Below, piece by piece: positions 57,183 to 63,995 of a stretch of DNA of 64,000 nt. The translations under genes and the position numbers were made by a program. Source of the DNA: a virus; IMG/VR virus record IMGVR_UViG_3300012954_000007; one strand, given 5' to 3'. The notes beneath the pieces were generated by a model. The model did no database searches, was not told where the DNA came from, and saw nothing but the letters and a program-made list of their open reading frames with translations. The number at the start of each line of letters is the position of its first letter. The first letter of the stretch is position 1.

Positions 57183-57708
57183 TATCCCTAAAGACTTATT
57201 AAAAGAAATAGAAATGTTTTGTGTTCTAAACAAAATAAATAACCCTAATGAATTTTTACTTGGGTGTTTAAAAGGGGGTTTCGCGATTGAAAAATTTGGG
57301 AGGACACCTATAAAAGCAGGTAAAGAAATTGTAGAAAAAAAAGTGGAAAAAGAAGTGATTAAAGAGGTCGAAAAAATAATAGAGGTAGAAAAAGAAGTAA
57401 TTAAGGAAGTACCAGTAGAAGTGGAAAAAATAGTAACTAAAACTGAGTATATTACTGATGACACTGAAATTAAGAATCTTCTTAGTAAGATAAGAAAATT
57501 AGAAGAGGAGTTAAAAATAAAACCTAAAGAGGTTACAATAAAAGTAGAAGACAAAACTCAAATAAACACTTTACAAAAAGAAATAAAAACCTTAAAAGAT
57601 AAGGTAGAAGAATACGAGGATGTGTTAAATCATTTTAGACGATTTAGTGGTAGTAAAGCCACTCATCTTAAATCTTCTAGATTAGACGATAACTTATATA
57701 AAGATTAA
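57154..57708 (+). CDS. Coiled-coil protein with VEKEVIKEV repeats
   Basis: EIVEKKVEKEVIKEVEKIIEVEKEVIKEVPVEVEKIV low-complexity tract. The start codon (ATG 57154) is uncertain. Confidence 0.65.
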   Translation: MEKKNSPTSNIPKDLLKEIEMFCVLNKINNPNEFLLGCLKGGFAIEKFGRTPIKAGKEIVEKKVEKEVIKEVEKIIEVEKEVIKEVPVEVEKIVTKTEYITDDTEIKNLLSKIRKLEEELKIKPKEVTIKVEDKTQINTLQKEIKTLKDKVEEYEDVLNHFRRFSGSKATHLKSSRLDDNLYKD

Positions 57709-57712
57709 AAAA

Positions 57713-58030
57713 ATGGAATTATTAATTTGGCTATTAGCAGCGTACGGAATGTCTCAGATATTAGTATATGGGAGTATTTTTGACACACCAAGAGATTGGA
57801 TAACAAAAAAATCTAAATTTTTTGGAGACTTACTAGGATGTATGATGTGTACATCTACTTGGGTAGGGTTCTTCTTCTCTTTAGTACTTTGGTCACCAAC
57901 ACTACAGTTTGATTTGTGTTTACCTTATACTAACATATTCTTTGATGGGATGTTAGCTAGTGGAGGTGTTTGGGCAATCAACGCTATAGTAGAATGGTTT
58001 GAACAAAATCGTCCAGAAAAAGAAGACTAG
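57713..58030 (+). CDS. Small membrane protein with CxxC motif (DUF1360-like)
   Basis: Three hydrophobic segments and IFD..R.W......F..LLGCMMCTSTWVG. Confidence 0.7.
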   Translation: MELLIWLLAAYGMSQILVYGSIFDTPRDWITKKSKFFGDLLGCMMCTSTWVGFFFSLVLWSPTLQFDLCLPYTNIFFDGMLASGGVWAINAIVEWFEQNRPEKED

Positions 58031-58034
58031 TATT

Positions 58035-60356
58035 ATGGTAAATAAAAACGAGTTAGTTAATCCTTTTATAAAGGTAATATGGGAGGATACCCCAGAAAAT
58101 TTTACCCAAGAAAAAATTAAAAGACTCAAGAGTTACTTTAAGAAAAAGTACAATTCTGAGAGAGTCAATGTTCTAACTAGGGTAACAGGTATAAATGCAC
58201 CTAATAGTCCCCAGGAAGTCACCGAAAACGTCATAGACAAAGAGTACCAAAAGAAATTAGTAAAAGAATTCTTAAAAGAACAAGATGTTACCATTGATTG
58301 GGATAAATTTGTTAGACTTGACAATAGAGTGGAGTCAAATATTCAAGAAGAAGATAATACAGCTAATAAAAAATGGTTTGTAAAATGGATTGAGTTCAGT
58401 AATTTTTTATCTTTCGGTGAAGATAATAAAATAGATTTTACTAAGTATCCTGGTATTACAGCAATTGATTCTAACCCAGCTAATTTTGGTGGTAAAACTA
58501 CTTTAACCGTTGACCTCCTATTATTTTTATTTTTTAATGTTACTACTAAATCTTCAAAAGCTATTGAAGTTTTTAATAGGTTTACTGATAAAAATAGAGT
58601 CTTAGTTTGTGGAGAAGTAGAAATTGATGGTGATAGTTTTATTATAGAGAGAGGAGTAATACGTAGACAAACAAAAAAAGGTGACTGGTCAGTAAGGACA
58701 GAATTAAATCTAAGTAAAAGATTAAGTGATGGTTCTCTACAAAACCTACAAGGAGAACAAAGAAGAGAAACAGAAGAGTTTTTAAAAAATTCAATAGGTA
58801 CTATGGACGATTTTCTACTTACTATTTTAACTACCGCTAATAATCTTGAAAATTTACTAGAAGCCAAACCAACTCAAAGAGGACAAATACTCACTAGATT
58901 TATTGGTTTAGAAAAATTAAAAAAGAAAGAACAAAACTGTAAAGAAATTTATACTGAATGGAGTAAAAAAATTATTTCCAATCACTATAATATTAATGAT
59001 TTAACCACAGATATTGAAAATTTAAAAGAAGAGATTGTAGAGTTAAAAAATAATAATCACACATCAAATAAAGAAATAGAAACTTTAGAAGAAAGAAACA
59101 AAGCAGGTATTGAATACAAAGAGAAATTAATATCTTCACAACACAACGACATTAACCCTGACCTTGTTAAGGTTAATCCAGAAACCTTAAGAGAAGAAAT
59201 AGAAAAAGTAATAGAAGAAGGTGATGTATTAAAAGACAAATTAAACTTAATTACTTTGGTAAAACCTGAAACACCGTATGAGGAAGAAGAACATAAAACT
59301 TTAATTAAAGAAAACAAAACTTTAACTAGTGATGATTTAGAAATTAAATCAGAAATAAAAAATATAACTAAATTAATTAAGAATTTAGAAGAAGGTGAGA
59401 CATGTTCTTTATGTAAACAACCTTTAAAGGATGTTGATAATACCCAAGAAATCAAACATAACCAACAAAAACTTAAAGACTTTAATCAAAAACTAAGTGA
59501 ACTGACTGAAAAACTAACAGAGAGTGAAAAGGTTATTGATGAACATGAAAATATTAAAAGTAGTTGGTCCGAGTATGATAAAGAGTCTTTAAAAAAGATA
59601 AAAGTAGAATTAGATATTAAAGAGAATAACATATCCCAAAAAGAAAAAACAATTCTACTTAAAGAATGGGAAACCAATAAAAATAAATTGGAAGAAAATA
59701 GGGAGATAGAAAAGAAGTTAGTTTCAGCAAGAACTCTAATAGAAACTATAACTGCGGAAAGAGACCAACTTAAAAGCCAAATAACTTCCAACACTTCTAC
59801 TATTAAACAGAAAGAAGAAGAAATAGTTGATAAGACTACTAAGATTACTGAAATTAAAAAAGAAGAAGAAGTAGATAAAATATTTAAATCCTATCTAATA
59901 GCTTATGGTAAGAATGGCATATCTAAATTAATTTTAAAGAATACTATACCATATCTTAACAGTGAGTTAAATAGATTATTATCCGATAGTTGTGAGTTTA
60001 CATTACAACTTAGAATTAATGATAAAAATGAACTAGAGTTTTGGATGGTGGACAATGGAACTGGAGTAGAAAAGTTAATGTCTACAGGGAGTGGATATGA
60101 AAAGACTATAGCTTCACTAGCATTACGTGCTGTATTATCTAAAGTATGTGCGTTACCTAAACCTAATATAGTTTGTTTTGACGAAGCGTTTGGTAAGGTA
60201 AGTGACGAGAACTTAGAACTAGTTGGTAGGTTCTTTACAAAGATTAAAGATTACTTTGAAAGAATATTTGTAATCTCTCATAATCCACTAGTCAAAGAAT
60301 GGTGTGACCAGACAATTACAGTGAAAAAAGATAACAATGTTTCCAAGATAACATAA
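58035..60356 (+). CDS. sbcC: SbcC/Rad50-like ATPase (T4 gp46-like) with ~113-aa N-terminal extension
   Basis: IEFSNFLSFG, Walker A NFGGKTT, coiled coil with Zn-hook CSLC, signature SGYEK, Walker B CFDEAFG, H-loop ISHN. ATG 58035 follows the stop at 58030. Confidence 0.92.
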   Translation: MVNKNELVNPFIKVIWEDTPENFTQEKIKRLKSYFKKKYNSERVNVLTRVTGINAPNSPQEVTENVIDKEYQKKLVKEFLKEQDVTIDWDKFVRLDNRVESNIQEEDNTANKKWFVKWIEFSNFLSFGEDNKIDFTKYPGITAIDSNPANFGGKTTLTVDLLLFLFFNVTTKSSKAIEVFNRFTDKNRVLVCGEVEIDGDSFIIERGVIRRQTKKGDWSVRTELNLSKRLSDGSLQNLQGEQRRETEEFLKNSIGTMDDFLLTILTTANNLENLLEAKPTQRGQILTRFIGLEKLKKKEQNCKEIYTEWSKKIISNHYNINDLTTDIENLKEEIVELKNNNHTSNKEIETLEERNKAGIEYKEKLISSQHNDINPDLVKVNPETLREEIEKVIEEGDVLKDKLNLITLVKPETPYEEEEHKTLIKENKTLTSDDLEIKSEIKNITKLIKNLEEGETCSLCKQPLKDVDNTQEIKHNQQKLKDFNQKLSELTEKLTESEKVIDEHENIKSSWSEYDKESLKKIKVELDIKENNISQKEKTILLKEWETNKNKLEENREIEKKLVSARTLIETITAERDQLKSQITSNTSTIKQKEEEIVDKTTKITEIKKEEEVDKIFKSYLIAYGKNGISKLILKNTIPYLNSELNRLLSDSCEFTLQLRINDKNELEFWMVDNGTGVEKLMSTGSGYEKTIASLALRAVLSKVCALPKPNIVCFDEAFGKVSDENLELVGRFFTKIKDYFERIFVISHNPLVKEWCDQTITVKKDNNVSKIT

Positions 60357-60363
60357 AATTAAT

Positions 60364-60394
60364 TTTGTAGTTTCAATAATATTCCTTATATTTG
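60364..60394 (+). promoter_or_regulatory. Bacteroidota primary-sigma promoter (-33/-7)
   Basis: TTTG (60364-67), 19 nt, TATATTTG (60387-94) fits the TTTG-N19-21-TAnnTTTG consensus. Confidence 0.75.
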
Positions 60395-60414
60395 TAGTAT
60401 ACAAAAAGAGAAAT

Positions 60415-60954
60415 ATGAACATCATCGAAACTACAACACAAAAAGATTATTACGGAAACGACATCACTAAAAAGAAAATCAAAGATGGTTTCTTTAAAGA
60501 CTCATATGTCATTTCAACATCACAAAGTGAGTTAGCAAAATCAGAAAAAAATGATTGTGTGGTAAGAGCATTCATGATGGCTTTAGATTTACCATACGAC
60601 AAAGCACATAAGTTTGTTGAAACTAAACTTAAACGTCAACCACGTAAAGGAACTTACACTCGTAGTTACATTAAAAACATTTTGGGTAGACAAAAGAATG
60701 GTTACAAAATGAGACTGATGGGTTTCCACCCTAAGTACCAACGAATGGGTGAGAAAAAATTAGTTAATCCTAAGTATAAGAAAGAGACTGGTTATACTGT
60801 AAAGTCATTTATGGAACAACACCCTACAGGTCGTTACTTTATGATTGTCAGAGGACATGCAGTAGCTTTGGTAGACGGAGTTCTTTATGGAAATTCTTGT
60901 GAACAATATGACGGATTTCGTCGACCAGTAAGATATGTTATTGAGTGTAAATAA
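60415..60954 (+). CDS. Hypothetical early protein with Cys/His motif (possible papain/C39-like fold)
   Basis: NDCVVRA...GRYFMIVRGHAVALVDGVLY. Has its own host-type promoter. Confidence 0.6.
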   Translation: MNIIETTTQKDYYGNDITKKKIKDGFFKDSYVISTSQSELAKSEKNDCVVRAFMMALDLPYDKAHKFVETKLKRQPRKGTYTRSYIKNILGRQKNGYKMRLMGFHPKYQRMGEKKLVNPKYKKETGYTVKSFMEQHPTGRYFMIVRGHAVALVDGVLYGNSCEQYDGFRRPVRYVIECK

Positions 60955-61311
60955 TTAGAAGTCCATATTATCGAATGGTTCCATAAGATTACCACGATTC
61001 TTAAATCCTACACCACCCACATAAGTTTCCATGTTGTTCATTTTTCTTCTTTCGTAGTCTAGAACTGCTAAAGCTAACTTCCTATCATATTCCTTATCAT
61101 CTGTTTCAGGGACTACACCATCATAATAGATGGAACCTCTAAAACTTCTTCCAGGACCACGAAAATCCATTACCTCATCATAATCAGAATCAGACAATTC
61201 AAATTCAACATCATCTACAGGAAGTCTGTTATCCATTTCTTCCTCTTGTTCGTTAATTACTTTGTTTAACGCTTTCTTAATATCTCTTTCTGTAATTCTA
61301 ATTTTACTCAT
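60955..61311 (-). CDS. Acidic hypothetical protein (possible internal head protein)
   Basis: The likely start is ATG 61311 (MSKIRITERDIKKALNKVINEQ), 14 nt after a minus-strand TATTTATA (61326-33). The longer ORF call runs into a terminator. Confidence 0.7.
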   Translation of the reverse strand: MSKIRITERDIKKALNKVINEQEEEMDNRLPVDDVEFELSDSDYDEVMDFRGPGRSFRGSIYYDGVVPETDDKEYDRKLALAVLDYERRKMNNMETYVGGVGFKNRGNLMEPFDNMDF

Positions 61312-61348
61312 GGTATTCTTTTTAATATAAATATAAACAAGGTTAAAT

Positions 61349-61373
61349 AAAAAAAGGGAATCTTTCAATCCCC
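61349..61373 (-). terminator. Intrinsic terminator (minus strand)
   Basis: Minus strand reads GGGGATT-GAAA-GATTCCC-TTTTTTT. Confidence 0.85.
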
Positions 61374-61394
61374 TTTTAATTAATTATTTAGTTT

Positions 61395-61457
61395 TTAACA
61401 ATTGCAACAAGTACATTCACATTTGGTAGTACAGTTACATTTTTCACAATCACACAT
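61395..61457 (-). CDS. Metallothionein-like micro-protein MCDCEKCNCTTKCECTCCNC (20 aa, 9 Cys)
   Basis: Translated by hand from ATG 61457 to TAA 61395. A-rich leader, 15 nt after the upstream stop and ~21 nt before the terminator hairpin. CxC/CC pattern throughout. Confidence 0.75.
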   Translation of the reverse strand: MCDCEKCNCTTKCECTCCNC

Positions 61458-61472
61458 AATATTATTTTTTTT

Positions 61473-63341
61473 TTATTTACCTTTACAACCGAAGTTATTA
61501 GCGAAATTTGCCATTTTAACTACGGAAGCTGAGTATTTAGTTTTATTTTCTACTACTTCTTCAGCCGCTTTACAAACAGACTTACCTTTCATGTTTTTTT
61601 TTACCCACTTCGTAAATTTATCTTTGTTTTTAGGGTCAATCTCTATATCAGAATTTTTTTTTTCGTTAAGAACTCTGTCCACTATTTTGTAAAGGTCACC
61701 CTCACTAAGTTTGATTACGTTTTTATTAGATTTTCTTCTAGGGTTTCTAGATTCAGCTAATTCTTCTCTATCATCTTTTTCTAAATTTCCTATTAGTTTA
61801 AGTAGTTCTGCTTTACTCATATCTTTTACATCACCTCTAAATCCTCTAGAAAGGTCTTTTGAACTGGAAGCATATTTTCCAGTATCTGAACCTCCGAAAG
61901 GATTGTAAGCTTTTGTAGATGTACCAAATTTTAATCCACCTTTACTAAAACCTCTTCTCCCAAAAGAAGGTGCTTCATAAGAACCTCTTTTAGTTGAGGA
62001 TTTTCTACTTTGTACTGATTTTGTTGATGGAGAACTCTTGGGAGCACTTGCACCAAATCCTGTAGGTAATTCACCACCGTAGTTAAATAATACATATGTG
62101 CCCTCAACTCCAGAAGCTTCTAGTGCTTCGAATTTATATGTTGAAATTTCTGGTTTAGGGTCTGTAAATGAATCCTTTAAAGATTTTTCAAATGCTTTAG
62201 CTTCCTTTACTCCTTTAAGTAAAGCTAATTCATATTTTCCAGACTTTACTATTTGGTATTGGATTGATTTACCATCTATGTCAGCTTCTTTAATACTTGA
62301 AGGTTTTAAGTTGTAGTTAGTTTTACCTATTGTAATATTTAAATCTGTACTAAAACCAGTTTCTGAGTCAAATGAATGAGGACCTAGTTCAGGAGAGTCA
62401 GATAAAGTTGTTTCTGCAGTAAATTGTCCTTTTTCTGGTGGGGTTTCTTTTCCACCTTTTTCTTTTTCACCTTTTTCTTTTTCACCGCCTTTTTCTTCTG
62501 ATGGGTCTCCTTCTCCGCCTTTTTCTTTTTCTCCGCCTTTTTCTTTTTCACCGCCTTTTTCTTCACCTCCGCCTTTTTCTTCACCACCGGATTCTTCACC
62601 ACCGGATTCTTCACCTCCGCCTTCTTTTCCGCCTCCTTCTTTTCCGCCGCCTTCGCCGCCTCCTTCACCACCTTCTCCTTTTTCTTGTTCGGTGAGTAGT
62701 TTAACGTCGTTGTAAGACATTCCTTCTTCAAACAGAATCATCTGTTTGATTCGGTCTATTTGTTCTTGAATAGTAGATTCCATAGTATTTTCATTTTCTT
62801 TATAAATATGTTTATATTCTTCTTTTACAGTATAAATATCATTATTACTTGCAGTAGGTGCGGTATAGGTATTTAACTTAGGCCGTTCCTTACCTTTACC
62901 GACTAAATGACCTGAGTCATGTTTGTCGATATCCACATCACCAAATACATCATAATTATCACTATCGGTATTATTATTTTTAGTATGAGGTACCTTATCT
63001 TCAGGATGTGTTACCCCATGAATTTCAACATGGTCATCACCTTTATGTTCATCATCAGGATTTAAATAGTCTGGTTCTGGGTGTAAAGGTCGTTTATTAG
63101 TTTCACTATCATTAAAATTATTACTATCAAACCAAGCAGAACCTTCAAATGAAGGATTATCATTTTTTAATCTTGACGGTCCTTTATCTATTCCTTCTTC
63201 TGGCCATCCAGAGGAAGGGTCCATTTCAGGGGTATTTACAGGATGAATTCTATGTTTTGTAAAATCATTTTTTTTCACACCTTTTTTAATGGTCTTTTTA
63301 GAATCATCTAAAGCTTCGTTAAATCTATACGTAATTTTCAT
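61473..63341 (-). CDS. Low-complexity acidic/Gly-rich protein, probable internal head (cargo) protein; probable second in-frame start at 62783
   Basis: His/Asp-rich N-terminal part, GGE[EK]K repeats, IQEQIDRIKQ and LSEGDLYKIVDRVLNE motifs, basic C-terminal IDPKNKDKFT...KMANFA. Confidence 0.65.
   Translation of the reverse strand: MKITYRFNEALDDSKKTIKKGVKKNDFTKHRIHPVNTPEMDPSSGWPEEGIDKGPSRLKNDNPSFEGSAWFDSNNFNDSETNKRPLHPEPDYLNPDDEHKGDDHVEIHGVTHPEDKVPHTKNNNTDSDNYDVFGDVDIDKHDSGHLVGKGKERPKLNTYTAPTASNNDIYTVKEEYKHIYKENENTMESTIQEQIDRIKQMILFEEGMSYNDVKLLTEQEKGEGGEGGGEGGGKEGGGKEGGGEESGGEESGGEEKGGGEEKGGEKEKGGEKEKGGEGDPSEEKGGEKEKGEKEKGGKETPPEKGQFTAETTLSDSPELGPHSFDSETGFSTDLNITIGKTNYNLKPSSIKEADIDGKSIQYQIVKSGKYELALLKGVKEAKAFEKSLKDSFTDPKPEISTYKFEALEASGVEGTYVLFNYGGELPTGFGASAPKSSPSTKSVQSRKSSTKRGSYEAPSFGRRGFSKGGLKFGTSTKAYNPFGGSDTGKYASSSKDLSRGFRGDVKDMSKAELLKLIGNLEKDDREELAESRNPRRKSNKNVIKLSEGDLYKIVDRVLNEKKNSDIEIDPKNKDKFTKWVKKNMKGKSVCKAAEEVVENKTKYSASVVKMANFANNFGCKGK
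62445..62685 (-). repeat. Coding low-complexity repeat (GGEEK/GGEKEK/GGEES)
   Basis: Imperfect 15/18-bp units, e.g. TTCACCACCGGATTC x2 and repeated CCGCCTTTTTCTTTTTC. Local GC increase. Confidence 0.85.
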
Positions 63342-63348
63342 CGATTAT

Positions 63349-63379
63349 TTTGTTTATTAAATAAATATTACTATATTTG
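63349..63379 (+). promoter_or_regulatory. Bacteroidota primary-sigma promoter in a divergent intergenic region
   Basis: TTTG (63349-52), 19 nt, TATATTTG (63372-79). Overlaps a minus-strand TATTTATT (63360-67) and precedes a plus-strand TATTTATA (63390-97). Confidence 0.7.
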
Positions 63380-63400
63380 TTAAATAAAATATTTATAGTT

Positions 63401-63955
63401 ATGAAGAGAAAGAAAAATTATTTTTTGTTTATTGTGGGTAACTTTAGTAACCCTTCTACCGTAAATAGTAATGTTACAGACATTATACACACTTTAACAA
63501 TGTTACTAAATGAAAGTACTTTGAGATATATTCACCATGATAATTTAATGGTTTGTCATTTCCAGAGTTATGAAACCTTGGAAGAAATAGACTGGATGCT
63601 TACTAATACTTTTAATGAAGAGGTTATATCTTACTTTTTATTACCTAAACCAAGACAAATGGGGGTAAGATTAGATAAAGACTTGGAAAAACATTTAACT
63701 GACTTGAAATCAAAACCCAACTTAGACAAACCCGTTATAGATGAAAATGTAGGGGAAGGATTTAAACATATAGGTGAAATATTTGCTTCAATGAAAGAAG
63801 ATATGGAAATTATTTTTAAATTACCTGATAATAAATCAGAAATACCTTTAGTTACATATACTGTAGATAATATTTTAGACAAAATAAGTGAAACAGGAAT
63901 AGACTCCTTAACTTTAGAAGAAAAAAACTTTTTAGACCAAGAAAGTAAAAGATGA
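63401..63955 (+). CDS. Hypothetical protein with C-terminal DUF6576-like helical motif
   Basis: ATG 63401 preferred over TTG 63377. C-terminal VDNILDKISETGIDSLTLEEKNFL. Confidence 0.65.
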   Translation: MKRKKNYFLFIVGNFSNPSTVNSNVTDIIHTLTMLLNESTLRYIHHDNLMVCHFQSYETLEEIDWMLTNTFNEEVISYFLLPKPRQMGVRLDKDLEKHLTDLKSKPNLDKPVIDENVGEGFKHIGEIFASMKEDMEIIFKLPDNKSEIPLVTYTVDNILDKISETGIDSLTLEEKNFLDQESKR

Positions 63956-63995
63956 CAGGTTATCTGACAAAATGTCAGTAAAAATATCGTGGTAC
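63953..63995 (+). promoter_or_regulatory. Palindromic operator CTGACA-AAA-TGTCAG with an extra TGACA half-site and a possible sigma54 -24 element
   Basis: Perfect inverted repeat at 63964-63978, TGACA at 63953-57 and TGGTAC at 63990-95. The window ends before any -12 element. Confidence 0.5.

Noticed and set aside
61312-61368. N-terminal extension of the 137-aa ORF call
   Set aside because: It runs through a terminator and the TATTTATA box. ATG 61311 is the better start.
61402-61692. Plus-strand 96-aa ORF over the metallothionein-like locus
   Set aside because: TTG start, antisense to two better-supported minus-strand genes, and no recognisable motif.
62384-62731. Lys/Ala/Val-rich, histone-H1-like 115-aa ORF (minus strand, alternate frame) and the antisense 62438-62695 ORF
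   Set aside because: Both are frame shadows of the purine-rich GGE/K repeat in the 622-aa gene. They have non-ATG starts and no leader or slippery site that I could support.
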